From assembly GCA_023205875.1 (NCBI GenBank), contig CP060756.1, positions 1,178,001 through 1,242,000 on the forward strand: a stretch of DNA of 64,000 nucleotides, given 5' to 3'. This DNA comes from Chloropicon primus (lineage: Eukaryota). Positions 1 through 10,733 of the stretch are shown piece by piece (within the stretch, counting starts at the first letter, position 1; each line of letters opens with the position of its first letter). A model generated the notes under the pieces. The model was not told the DNA's origin and searched no databases. It saw nothing but the letters and a program-made list of their open reading frames with translations. The translations under genes and the position numbers were made by a program.

Positions 1-488
<488 letters not shown>

Positions 489-962
489 TTATAACACACT
501 CTTTCTCCTTCTTCGATGTGACGTGACACACCCTTCGTTCGCTTCCTGCTTCTGTCGCAGCGTTCGTTCTTCAGTCTCTCTTCCCTTGAGCTGAGATCGG
601 CTTGGTCGAGGCGGCTTCCCCTGGAGGGAGGGATCCCGGAAAAGTAATTGGGAAGGAGGAGAGAGGAGAGGAGAGGAGAGGAGAGGAGGGAAGGGAAACA
701 GTTGTTCCGTAGCATGACCCTGAAGTCCAGGGTGGAGTGGGAGGGAAGGGTTGCTTGCCAAAAAACAACAACTTGTCCTTTCTCGTGTTGGTGTGGAGGA
801 GAGGAGAGACACCGATGTTGCATGTGTTTTGTGTTTCGTTAAGTAAAGGCCAAGGAGGTCTCTCTCTTCATCAAGATCCAGGAGGGAGGAGGGGAGAGGA
901 GAAGGGGAGGAAGGGTGGTCCCGCTCTCTGCTCTGCTCTGCTTTGCTCTGCTTGTGGCAAAG

Positions 963-3587
963 ATGGTACCGGGGACGTACCAGTACAAGGGAGACCTGGG
1001 GAGGGGTAAGGCACTGGGGGTGCTTGTGACTCTCCTCCTCGTTCTCTGTGCGGCAGCGTGCGGGAAGGCGTCCGGTGCGAAGAACGACTACCAGTACTTG
1101 GAGATCGGGTATGGATTCAAGCCCGTGCTGTATGATATAAGCCCGAACTCGAATTGCGATAAGGATATCAAGGACCGCTGCAAAGAGGCAGCGCAGGTGA
1201 GCACCGATCAGTTCAAGGCCATCAGCGACAAGCTTAACGCGAACTCGACGGGATTCTTGGCCGAGGTGAAGACGAGGGCGCCCATATACAACTGCTTGAG
1301 GGAGGGCGAGAAGTTCGCGGACAGCTTGGACGAGACGTACTCGCAGCCGTGCGAGGAGCTCTTGGATACCTTTGCTGCCAGGAACACGAACTTGGAGAGG
1401 TTGAAGCTCTTGGCGAGCTGCAAGAAGGACTTGGACCTCCTCGAGTGCGAAAAAAGGAACGTCCACCCCGTCTCTTGTCTCTCGAAGAGCAAGGAGCCCG
1501 TCTCCCAGCGATGCGCCGTGCGGTTGACCAGCATGAAGAGCAAGTTCGCGGGGAAGCTCGACCAGGATGTCCCTCTCATGAAGGCCTGCGAGAACGAGGT
1601 CAGGATCTTGTGCAGGACAAGGACGAACAAAATAAGCTGCCTCAAGTCCAAGGTCGGCGACCCCAAGGTTTCGACCAGGTGCAAGAAGGAGATTCACCGC
1701 AGGAAAGTCGAAGAGTCGGAGGACATCAGGTTCAACAAGTACCTGTTCTCCGTCTGCGCCCTGGACAAGGAGCAGCACTGCAAGGACGTCCCGTTCGGTC
1801 AAGGGCGCATCGTCACGTGCCTCGAGAAGTTCTACGGAACCCTCCAGGCGGAGTGCAAGTCGGCGATCAAGCAGCAGATCCTCGACAAGCAAAAGGACTC
1901 GACCCTCGATGTGAGGTTCCGGCTGCTTTGCAAGGAGGATGCCCAGAGCCTGTGCCCCGTTGAGTTCCAGGTCCTCGAGGATCCCTTTGAGATCAACATG
2001 GGGGGCAAGCTCAAGAAGTGCATGAGGAACGCGACCCTGGCGGGGGACATCAAGAGCGCGGAGTGCAAGGAGCACCTTCTGTTCATGATGGAGCAGACGA
2101 GGAGGTACACTGAGCTCGATCCCACGCTGGTGGAGGCTTGTGCCCAGGAGAAGAACATGTGCGAACCGCACAACTTCCTTGAGTGCTTGAGGGAGGAGGT
2201 CATGACCGGCAACGTGTTGTCCCAGGAGTGTGAGCAGGCCTTGGTGTACAAGGACATTCAAGCCGCGGCCGACATCAAGCTCAAGACACACATGTCGTCG
2301 TCTTGCCACGCCGAGCACATGTTGTTCTGCGACGGGGTGGACAACGCCTTGTCTCCGGGGAACGTGATAAGTTGCTTGGAGGATCATTTCGATCACCCGA
2401 AATTTGGCAAGAAGTGCAGGCAAAAGATCAAGAGAGACATTGCGTACACGACTCGGGACATCAGAATGCTGGCCACCACGTACCAGTCCTGCCAGTACGA
2501 GATCACAGAGCTGTGCGAGGATGTGCAGCCAGGCGGTGGCCGCGTGGTTTCGTGCTTGAAGGAGAACAGGAACAAGATCGTGGGGGGGAAATGTCGCGGT
2601 GCAATTATGAGACTCTTGAAAATCAGCGCGTCGAACTGGAAACTCGATTGGTCGACTTACTTTGACTGCGAGGAGGACGCGGACTCTCTTTGTTATGGCA
2701 AGAGGGACGCCAGCGTCCACACGTGCCTGAGGGAGAACTTCGATTTCCTGTCCAGCAAGTGCAAGGCGAAACAGATGCAGTTGATGGAAGCTGAATCCGA
2801 GTCCTTGCAGGTGAACAGCAAGCTCTTGAACAAGTGCGGCACTGCTGTTACGAAGTATTGCGGGGAAGTGGCAGACGAGGGCGGAAAGGTTTTGAGCTGC
2901 CTTCAGAGCTATACTGACGACCCGACGTTCCCAAGGGTTTGCATGAAAGCGATCACCCACCACATGAATGTTACGGAGAGGTTGATGCCTATGGGGCCAA
3001 AGCTGAAGAGCGACTGCGCTGAGGACGCGACCCAAAACTGCCAGTGGACCAATTTGGACGGGCAGCAGACGCTGGACGGTGCCATCCTCAAGTGCCTCGT
3101 TTCGAAGTCCGAAGTTTTGCAGCCAAAGTGCAAAAACACGCTAGCGCAAAGAACTCTGTTCCTCCTAAGAAACTTCCAGTCCGGCAACCCAGCCACCCAA
3201 GTATGCGACAACGACGTGAAGCAGCTGTGCCACGTCCCGATAGACATGTTCGGCTTGACTGAGGTTGGTTCCATATACAAGTGCCTCTTGCGAGAGTCCG
3301 AAAAAATCAGCAGCGAGTGTTTCTTTGTCCTCACGCTGCCGAAGGCGAGCAAAATGATGAGGGAGGAGGCAAACGTGGAGCCGCTGTACCAGGAGCAGGC
3401 GTTCCAGCAGTATCTCAGCAACATCGAAAGCAGGATGAGAAAGATGGAGAATAGCTCGTCACCTGGTGCCGGCTTCATGGTTGCGTTCTTGCTGCTTAGC
3501 TTGGCGGCGGTGGGCTTCTCTGGCTACTACTACAAGAGCAAAGTCAGGGGGGGGGGGGGCGTCGTCTACAGAGAATTGCGTGCCTAG
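963..3587 (+). CDS. GLG1: Golgi apparatus protein 1-like (cysteine-rich GLG1 repeats), type I membrane protein
   Basis: Signal-like N-terminus, many repeats of the C..D...C..V..G.G.V..CL type, C-terminal TM (FMVAFLLLSLAAVGFSGYYY) and short tail. Confidence 0.85.
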   Translation: MVPGTYQYKGDLGRGKALGVLVTLLLVLCAAACGKASGAKNDYQYLEIGYGFKPVLYDISPNSNCDKDIKDRCKEAAQVSTDQFKAISDKLNANSTGFLAEVKTRAPIYNCLREGEKFADSLDETYSQPCEELLDTFAARNTNLERLKLLASCKKDLDLLECEKRNVHPVSCLSKSKEPVSQRCAVRLTSMKSKFAGKLDQDVPLMKACENEVRILCRTRTNKISCLKSKVGDPKVSTRCKKEIHRRKVEESEDIRFNKYLFSVCALDKEQHCKDVPFGQGRIVTCLEKFYGTLQAECKSAIKQQILDKQKDSTLDVRFRLLCKEDAQSLCPVEFQVLEDPFEINMGGKLKKCMRNATLAGDIKSAECKEHLLFMMEQTRRYTELDPTLVEACAQEKNMCEPHNFLECLREEVMTGNVLSQECEQALVYKDIQAAADIKLKTHMSSSCHAEHMLFCDGVDNALSPGNVISCLEDHFDHPKFGKKCRQKIKRDIAYTTRDIRMLATTYQSCQYEITELCEDVQPGGGRVVSCLKENRNKIVGGKCRGAIMRLLKISASNWKLDWSTYFDCEEDADSLCYGKRDASVHTCLRENFDFLSSKCKAKQMQLMEAESESLQVNSKLLNKCGTAVTKYCGEVADEGGKVLSCLQSYTDDPTFPRVCMKAITHHMNVTERLMPMGPKLKSDCAEDATQNCQWTNLDGQQTLDGAILKCLVSKSEVLQPKCKNTLAQRTLFLLRNFQSGNPATQVCDNDVKQLCHVPIDMFGLTEVGSIYKCLLRESEKISSECFFVLTLPKASKMMREEANVEPLYQEQAFQQYLSNIESRMRKMENSSSPGAGFMVAFLLLSLAAVGFSGYYYKSKVRGGGGVVYRELRA

Positions 3588-3666
3588 ATAAACTTTGTAC
3601 CCTGTAACTTCAAATGACTAAATTACTAGCTCCATTCTCTCCAGCGAATATATAGAGGCAAAAATA

Positions 3667-5103
3667 CTAAAGAGGGAGATCCGGGCTGTTTCCCGTGGCC
3701 CACTCCGAGGTCGACCGCCTCAGGAGCATGTGATTGTGGTTTGTGAGTATCCCGATAATTCCGGTGCAGAGCTTGCTCTTCCTCAACTCTGACAGCGTGA
3801 ATCCCCTCGCCGGATCCTTTGGCCTTGCCATGTCGTACAGCTGACACAGAAGGTCCTCGAATTCTATGCAACCCTGGTGCTCTGACTTGTCCACTTTGTC
3901 ATACAACCATCTCATATCATGAATCCCAACGTAACCATCGCCATCGATGTCCAAAACGTTGAACCAGTAGTTCTGACTCGCCTTGGTCTTCTTGTCCTCG
4001 ACGTACTGGAAGAAAAGAGAAAAGTCTTCCCAAGACATCACGTTTCTGATTCCAGACTGATAGTTCCAGTTGGTGAAGCAAATCTCCAGCAGCTCTGGTG
4101 GGTACGGCAAAAGAACCTCGTGGGTCGCTAGGTCTGGCAGTTGGATCAAACCGTCGCTGTCGGGATCCAAAAGAAGGAAGTAGCACCTCTTCTCGTACTC
4201 GGATTTCTGGGCCTCGCTCTCCTCAAAGGCAAACTCCATCTTTTGATACTCCTGTTGCATCAGCTCGAGGTCACCCCGGCTTCTGTCCACTTCTTCCGTC
4301 AAGAACACGCAGTTTTCGCACACCCTCCTCTCCCCTTTCGCCTGGTGCCTCTGCCTCTCCGCCTCTATCAACCGCTTCTTCTCCTCCTCCATCTGGGCCC
4401 TCTCCTCCTCGGCCCTCTGGGCATTTTCTTCCAAGTCCTGCACCCTCTCTTTCAACGTCTCGACCTCCCTGTCTCGAGCCAGCAGAGCCTCCTCGTAAGC
4501 CCGCAGCTTGTACAGAAGCTCCTCCCTCTCCTTCTCGAGCAGGGCGGTCCTCTCCCTCAGGGCTAGCGTCGGCGTTCCGTAAGCAGGCAAACCATATATC
4601 GTCTCATTCAAGTTTGTTGTGGTCTGTGCACCACTTCCGAAATTCTCCTCTGGCCAAGCTGGGGCGCGTCCGCACGCCACCTCGGTGGGCTCCAGGTTGA
4701 ACAAGGAAGCAGCAGCACTGCGGGATTTGCGAGACCCCGTTGCCGAGCATCGCCCGTTCGCCAGACGACCTTTCCGTGGCGAACCACTACCTGAGGTCGT
4801 TGGAGCGTGAGGCACGGGAAACTGGATTTCGGCCTTGTGAGTCTTGTACACCTCCCTCCTGTGCGTTCCAGCGGACTTGATTTTCCTCCTCCCGTGGCCT
4901 TGGGACAAGCTTCGCCGCTTGCTCGGACCGGCAACCTCTCCTCCATCCTCCGCATCCCTCTCCCCCTCTCTGTATCCGTGCCTGTTCTCTTTGTCGTCCC
5001 CGCCTCTTGCTGACAGGGCCTTCCGCAGGCTCTTCCTCCGGATGTGGTACGAGTTGCCTCCCGTGTGCTCCACCAGAGGAGGAACCGGACTCGCTGTCGT
5101 CAT
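3667..5103 (-). CDS. Coiled-coil protein with C-terminal PP2A B''-type EF-hand region
   Basis: C-terminal EDKKTKASQNYWFNVLDIDGDGYV...FEDLLCQLYDMARP...FTLSELRKSKL resembles PP2A B'' subunits; central heptad-rich segment. Confidence 0.7.
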   Translation of the reverse strand: MTTASPVPPLVEHTGGNSYHIRRKSLRKALSARGGDDKENRHGYREGERDAEDGGEVAGPSKRRSLSQGHGRRKIKSAGTHRREVYKTHKAEIQFPVPHAPTTSGSGSPRKGRLANGRCSATGSRKSRSAAASLFNLEPTEVACGRAPAWPEENFGSGAQTTTNLNETIYGLPAYGTPTLALRERTALLEKEREELLYKLRAYEEALLARDREVETLKERVQDLEENAQRAEEERAQMEEEKKRLIEAERQRHQAKGERRVCENCVFLTEEVDRSRGDLELMQQEYQKMEFAFEESEAQKSEYEKRCYFLLLDPDSDGLIQLPDLATHEVLLPYPPELLEICFTNWNYQSGIRNVMSWEDFSLFFQYVEDKKTKASQNYWFNVLDIDGDGYVGIHDMRWLYDKVDKSEHQGCIEFEDLLCQLYDMARPKDPARGFTLSELRKSKLCTGIIGILTNHNHMLLRRSTSEWATGNSPDLPL

Positions 5104-5439
5104 GACGCCCGACTTTTGCCAACCTCAACCGCGAGCACTTGAAGCCCTCCGGGTTCACCGCCCTCGACTCGTGCCAAGCCCTACACCCTTCCGTATCGTG
5201 CCCGTGTGTTGCCTTTTCGCTTACGACCCCTCGACGACGCTTGGCTTGGTTATTCCGAACGGTTATTTGTCTTAGGTGGACATCGTATTGGGTTAAGTAG
5301 AAAGGAGGGACCTGGGGAGGAGGATTAACTTGTCTTGGTCCCCTAGGAGGAGGAGGAGGAGGAGGGAGGATGCCGGTGATCTTGAAACGTAACGTTGATA
5401 TGATATGGTATAATATACAAAACAATTCAGAGCATTACC

Positions 5440-7236
5440 CTACAACGACCTGTACCTGAAGGAGTTGTTGAGCTTGCTGTTGTGGATCCCGTACATGAAG
5501 TAGAAAAAGTATCCAATTAGAGCCCAAACAACGACTTGAAGGAGGGTTCTCACTTCCAAGCTCAGTATCAAGTGGACATTGATCATGACAGCAAGGGCAG
5601 GAATCCAAGGCACCCAAGGGCAAGCGAAGTTCTTCCCGGTAAAGACAGAGTTGGGCCCCGCCTCCTCAACCACCGCTTTGTCATCTTTCACCTCGTTCTG
5701 AGGGAGGGCGGCCAAGACTGCAATTGGAGTCAGGGCCAGGACCAACATGACAGAGATCAAAAGTGGAGGGATGTTGTCGACGTGGTTCATCACCAGAGCC
5801 ATGGCAAAGGTCATGACGCAGAAGACAGTGAGCAAGATGGAGGGCTTCGGCAAAATCCTCCACGCCGCACTCTTCTTTCTGTCTGGCGAGTCCTCGTACC
5901 TGATCACTAATATGCCCAGGCTCACAAAGGTGAACGATAGCATAGTTCCCGCAGAGATCATTCCGGCGAGGCTATCGATGTCAAGGCAGAATGCCAGCAA
6001 GGCCGAAACAATTCCTGACAAGTAGGTGCTGAAGGCAGGTACTTTGGTCCTCGGATTGAGCTCTGCCAGCTTCGGAGGCACCAGGCCGTCCTTCGCCATG
6101 GCGAAGAACACCCTGGGCTGCCCAAACAAAGAGCAAAGGGTGGTCGAGGACAGGATGGTGGTCGTGCCAAACGCCACTATGGTCGCTGCCCAAGGCATGT
6201 TCAGCTGGTTGAAGGCCGCCGCCAGTGGCGCGCTGAGGTCTATATCCTTGTAGTTGACCATGCCGGTCAAGACGAGGGATACCGAGACGTAGAGGGTTGC
6301 AACCATTCCAAGGGTCCCAACAATAGCAATAGGAAGGGCCTTCTTCGGGTCCTTGAGCTCCTCGGAAAGCACGCAAATGCAGTCAAAACCAACGTAAGAG
6401 AAGAAGACGAAGCCAGCTCCGCTCATCACTCCGTCGGATCCGCGCGGGAAGAACGGCTCGTAGTTTTGCCGATCCACCTCCGATATTCCGGCCACAATGA
6501 TGAAGACAATCAGACTCATGTTCAAGCAGGTGATGATCAGGTTGAGCCTCGCCGACTCGGCTGCCCCCAAGAGCAAAGCCCCCGTGCAGAGCAGGCAGAT
6601 GCCCGAAGCCATCAGGGAGCCCTTGTGGGACAGCATGGGGATATTCAGCGGGATGTTGTACGTCCACTCGGGCGGCGTGAGGCTGCATGACTTCAGGAAA
6701 CTAACAAAGTAATCAGCGAAGCCTCGCGCCACCACGCTGGCGCTCATGCCATACTCGAGGGTCAGATTCCAGCCCACCAGCCAAGCCACCGCTTCTCCGA
6801 AGCAGACGTACGAGTACGCATACGCGCCGCCCGCGACAGGTATCCTCGTCGCGAACTCCGCGTAGCAAAAGGCAGAAAGCAGACCCGAGAAGGCGGCCAC
6901 CAGGAAAGAGATGGAGACCGAAGGCCCTGCCAAGGACTTCGCCGCTTCCCCCGTCACCACGAAAAGTCCCGCGCCCACCGTGGCACCTATCCCGTAAGCG
7001 ATGAGCTCCAGGACCGTCAAAGTTCGCTTCAGACCATCTTCCCCGTCGCTCGCCCGTTCCGCTATGATATCTACTACGCGTTTCCTTCGCGTCAGCTTCT
7101 TCAGACCCCTCCTGAAAGCAGACCCTCCCATCATGACCCCAACCTCGTCAACCTCGTCCCCGCTCCTCGAGCTGCTGCCTAGTATCGGCGACCTCAGTAA
7201 AGAATTCTCCTCTCCACCTTGCAGATAAGTGGCCAT
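5440..7236 (-). CDS. Cationic amino acid transporter (APC/CAT family)
   Basis: LKRTLTVLELIAYGIGATVGAGLFV, CYAEFATRIPVAGGAY, FFSYVGFD, C-terminal FACPWVPWIP. Confidence 0.95.
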   Translation of the reverse strand: MATYLQGGEENSLLRSPILGSSSRSGDEVDEVGVMMGGSAFRRGLKKLTRRKRVVDIIAERASDGEDGLKRTLTVLELIAYGIGATVGAGLFVVTGEAAKSLAGPSVSISFLVAAFSGLLSAFCYAEFATRIPVAGGAYAYSYVCFGEAVAWLVGWNLTLEYGMSASVVARGFADYFVSFLKSCSLTPPEWTYNIPLNIPMLSHKGSLMASGICLLCTGALLLGAAESARLNLIITCLNMSLIVFIIVAGISEVDRQNYEPFFPRGSDGVMSGAGFVFFSYVGFDCICVLSEELKDPKKALPIAIVGTLGMVATLYVSVSLVLTGMVNYKDIDLSAPLAAAFNQLNMPWAATIVAFGTTTILSSTTLCSLFGQPRVFFAMAKDGLVPPKLAELNPRTKVPAFSTYLSGIVSALLAFCLDIDSLAGMISAGTMLSFTFVSLGILVIRYEDSPDRKKSAAWRILPKPSILLTVFCVMTFAMALVMNHVDNIPPLLISVMLVLALTPIAVLAALPQNEVKDDKAVVEEAGPNSVFTGKNFACPWVPWIPALAVMINVHLILSLEVRTLLQVVVWALIGYFFYFMYGIHNSKLNNSFRYRSL

Positions 7237-8054
7237 CCTTCCCCGCTCCTAAAGGCAGTCCTCCTCCTCCTCCTAGGAACCGCCTCCTCCCTCGACTCAA
7301 CCCACACGACAGAGCACAGTCGCGCGCGCGCTAACACTCTTCTCTCCCTCTCCCTCTCCCTCTCCCCCTCTCTCCCATGCGAGGCTTTCTCCCGAGCTTG
7401 CTCCTTCTCGCCTTGGCGCGCCAAGCCCGCCGTGCTCTTGGTGCTCGCAGACAACAGACGAAAGAAGGAGATTGAAAGAGTAAAAGGTAAAGGATCGTAA
7501 AGCCGACCAGCCAGACAAAACCAGAGCAGAGGAGTCGTCTTGAGTAGAGAAAAGGCTGTAAACGAGTTTACAGCCTTTGTCCGCCTTGCAATTGGCTCAA
7601 TTCGCTCCGGCCACCGCCACAACCCAAGCGTGGCTAGAACGACGACTCGAGTGCTAATCCCCTTGGTACGCCTGACAGAGAGAGAGAGAGAGAGGGGAGG
7701 AGGACGGACGGACGACGACGGATGTTTGGCTGTCTCGCCAACAGTTAAGGAAATGGGGAGGATGACAAGGAGCCTCCTCTCGTCTTCGTGTCGTCTCTTT
7801 TTATTTTTTTATCAGAGAAAGTGAGATTAGGAGAGTGTCAGCTGCCAGGCCAGCTGGAGAGGAAAAGAGGAAAGACACAATAAGCCGCAATCAGGACCAA
7901 AGGAGGGGTACGACCAAGTGCGGGAGTATAAGCTGAGTTGTGGGAGCTCCACGAAAGGAACAGGGCTTGCAGTAGTGGCCTTGGACTCTAGCGAGGACGG
8001 GAGGGGGATACTATCGAAGACGACTGGCGACCCCACTCGCGCGAGAACACAATA

Positions 8055-8960
8055 ATGGCGGAAGACAATATTACGACCAAGTGGCACAAGTGGCTCTTGA
8101 ACGAGGAGGACGACAAAACGATTGATGACCAGGCAGAGTACTTCCTTTTCAAATTTAACACGGCGTCTGGTGATGAGGACGTGACCCGTGACAAAGTCTT
8201 GGACCTCAAGGTTGAGTATGGCAAATTCGATGACAAGCACAAGGGGGAACTAGAGGTGGACCAGGCCATGAGACTCCTCGAGTCGAGGCACGAGACAAAG
8301 ACGTTCACCGAGCTCCGCGACCTTCTGAAGAGCATCGACAAGAACAACAACAACAAGTTGAGTCTGTTGGAGTGGCTGTGCGCTTTTTTCAACAAATCTT
8401 GGGACACCCTCATGGAGCCCGACGCCGAAGTGGACGTGGAGGCCATCAAGGCCGAGCTCGTGGCCGAGGCGAAGAAGAAGGAGGAGGAGGCCGCCAAGGC
8501 CGAGGTCGCGTATCAGAGGGCGCGGGGCGAGTCCCAGGCCGTGAAGGAAGCGGCCATCGCCCTGAAGGCGGCCAAGCTGGAGGAGGAGAAGAAGCTCACC
8601 GGTGTCAGGAAAGCGAACGCATTCTTCACTCGTATCGCGGAGGAGTCCCAGGAGGACGCCAACTCCGATATGACCATAGAGCAGCAAGTGAGGCACGAGG
8701 CTCAGCTGCGAAAGGAGAAGAAGCTGATCAAGCAGAAGGAGGAAGAGGCCAGGAGGGAGAGGGAGGAGGCCGAGGCCAAGGCCGCTCTCATCGCCGAGGA
8801 GGAGATGAAGAAGGCAGGAGTCGCAAAGGAGAAGGCGTACGAGGATGAGAAGGCAAGAGTAGCCGCGGAGGAGGAGGCGAAGAAGAAGAAGGAGGACGAC
8901 GAGCGCGCGGCGAGCAGAGCAAGACTGAAGGAAAGGATGAAGATGTTCGAGCAGAACTAG
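8055..8960 (+). CDS. EF-hand protein with long E/K/A-rich charged helical tail
   Basis: EF-hand loop IDKNNNNKLSLLEW, degenerate EF-hand FDDKHKGELE, charged C-terminal half. Confidence 0.8.
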   Translation: MAEDNITTKWHKWLLNEEDDKTIDDQAEYFLFKFNTASGDEDVTRDKVLDLKVEYGKFDDKHKGELEVDQAMRLLESRHETKTFTELRDLLKSIDKNNNNKLSLLEWLCAFFNKSWDTLMEPDAEVDVEAIKAELVAEAKKKEEEAAKAEVAYQRARGESQAVKEAAIALKAAKLEEEKKLTGVRKANAFFTRIAEESQEDANSDMTIEQQVRHEAQLRKEKKLIKQKEEEARREREEAEAKAALIAEEEMKKAGVAKEKAYEDEKARVAAEEEAKKKKEDDERAASRARLKERMKMFEQN

Positions 8961-9043
8961 AGAGTTGTTCCCGGGCTTTCACGGGAAAATGAAATCATTT
9001 TTATATACCAACTTTGCACAAAATACTTGAGAAAGATCCTCCA

Positions 9044-9319
9044 TCACTTCTCCAAGGAGGAGTTCGCGCCGCCCCCGTCCAAGCTGACTTTCCAATCGGT
9101 CCCCTTGCTGTCCAGTTTGCAGTACAGCTGCATCTGCTGCACTCCGCTCCTCGCCACCTCCACCTTTTTCTCGATCTCCGCGTGGCTGGACAAGCCCTTG
9201 GCTTCCCGAAACTCAGTCTTGATTTCCTCGATCATGCCCGCCCTGTTCTTGCTGGGGTACACCCTCCCCAACTTGAGGAGCCGCCGATACAGCCGCAAGA
9301 CCTCGCCGCGAGCTGCCAT
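9044..9319 (-). CDS. LYR-motif (Complex1_LYR family) mitochondrial protein
   Basis: VLRLYRRLLK...EIKTEFRE motif, 91 aa. Confidence 0.85.
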   Translation of the reverse strand: MAARGEVLRLYRRLLKLGRVYPSKNRAGMIEEIKTEFREAKGLSSHAEIEKKVEVARSGVQQMQLYCKLDSKGTDWKVSLDGGGANSSLEK

Positions 9320-9323
9320 CCCT

Positions 9324-9860
9324 TCACCTCTGTTTCGCTTTGCTCTTCTCGTGGCACAACCTGAATGCGGTCACCTCTGCTTGTTTCGCGCACAAATAAG
9401 CAGACAGGCACAGAAATGGTTGGGGCAGCAGACAGGACGGAGTTCACATCGTCAGACCTGGACCAACCTTCGGGGGGCGAGGGGTCACGGGCCAGGCTGG
9501 TCAGTCCAAGCGAACGTACCTTTCTGGCACTTTCTCCAATCCCGTTCGTTTTCGCCCAAGCAAACCTACGAGGAGCAGCAAGGCAGAAGGGGGTCAGGAT
9601 CCATTCCGATCAAATCAAATCAAATCACGCAGAGTCGGCGGGAACAGGACAGGACGAGGCGACCCCCCTTCCAACCACACCACATCCACCCATCCAAGCA
9701 CGAGTCGTGATGACGACATTACCTCCAACTCGTAGTACGTCTTCGAGCACCCCGCTTGCTCTATCACTTTCTCGACGTCATCGAGCTCCTCTCCCGTGGG
9801 ACTCCGAGTCCTCGCCACGTGCGGATTCTCTTGCGCTTGCCTCCCGTCCTCTCTCGTCAT
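9324..9860 (-). CDS. COA4: Twin CX9C (CHCH) protein, COA4/CMC3-like; 3 exons: 9860-9723, 9565-9520, 9376-9324
   Basis: Spliced product ...VEKVIEQAGCSKTYYELEVCLGENERDWRKCQKEVTAFRLCHEKSKAKQR*; canonical GT-AG introns keep the frame. Confidence 0.8.
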
Positions 9861-9993
9861 CAAAACTCCCAGGCAGCCAAGCCAGCGACGACGACGACCG
9901 ACGACGACGGATTTGTTTCCTTCCTGCTAAACGACGAGCAGAGCAAGAGCAGAAGAGAGAGAGAGAGAGAGAGAGGAGAGGGGTGTTGAAGTC

Positions 9994-10599
9994 ATGCCGC
10001 GGGACAGCACGACCTTGACGTTTGTGATCGTGGGAGGGGAGACCCCGATATATGAGTGCGAGATCAAAGCAGGAGCAAAGGTGAGTGGAAGGAGTTGGGG
10101 GAGAGGAGCGTGCGCTCGCCGTCGGCATCACGACGGTTGTCGTCGTGTCGTCGTTGTACTGACCGGAAGGTTTGGACTTGCAGAAGGAAGAGACTGTGAA
10201 CTATCTGCACGAGTTCGTGCTGCATGCGTCACTGGACAACGTCGACGAAGCGATATGGACGACGCAGTCTTGTTACTTGAAGCAAGTGGATCGTTACTAC
10301 GACCTCACGGTGTCAGCTTACGCGACGAGCAGTCTCGTGAAGTTCCTCCTGCTCCACGACTCGAAGAACGACGACGGGATAAGGAGCTTCTTTCACGACA
10401 TACACGAGTACTTCATAAAGGTAAGCCGGCGAGCCTCGTCCCCGCGGGCGTTTGGTCACTGAACTCTTGGACCTCCTCTCCTCACGCTGCTCCTTTGCTC
10501 CAGATTATGCTCAACCCTTTTCACACGCAGACCACGAAGATAACTTCGAAACATTTTGACGAGAAGGTCAAGCTTCTGGCGCAAAAGTACCTTCTGTGA
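9994..10599 (+). CDS. TRAPPC2: TRAPP complex subunit 2 (Sedlin); exons 9994-10080, 10184-10420, 10504-10599
   Basis: FVIVG..PIYE, HASLDNVDEAIW, YLKQVD, KFLLLHD, IMLNPFH. Confidence 0.93.
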   Translation: MPRDSTTLTFVIVGGETPIYECEIKAGAKVSGRSWGRGACARRRHHDGCRRVVVVLTGRFGLAEGRDCELSARVRAACVTGQRRRSDMDDAVLLLEASGSLLRPHGVSLRDEQSREVPPAPRLEERRRDKELLSRHTRVLHKGKPASLVPAGVWSLNSWTSSPHAAPLLQIMLNPFHTQTTKITSKHFDEKVKLLAQKYLL

Positions 10600-10733
10600 G
10601 TCGGACCCGACCTCGCTTCTCCGCCGGGAACACTTGGAGGGGCGTCGTCGGTTCGGGGCGTCGTCGGTTCACACTGTCACAAGCTATCAAATGATGATGA
10701 TTGTAATTTTACTAAATAATAAAATATCCTTAG

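Noticed and set aside
650..700. GAGAG/GA/CT/CA microsatellites near many gene starts (also 17323-17375, 9950-9980, 27072-27092)
   Set aside because: Ordinary UTR/promoter simple repeats; not CRISPR or mobile elements
489..3035. Long antisense or alternate-frame ORFs (e.g. 489-3035, 21172-22893, 41846-43594, 36042-37415)
   Set aside because: Shadows of real genes caused by GC-rich codon bias; no recognisable domains
3547..3559. G13 homopolymer in the GLG1 tail
   Set aside because: Frame gives a plausible Gly-rich tail; no evidence for slippage, could be length-uncertain in assembly
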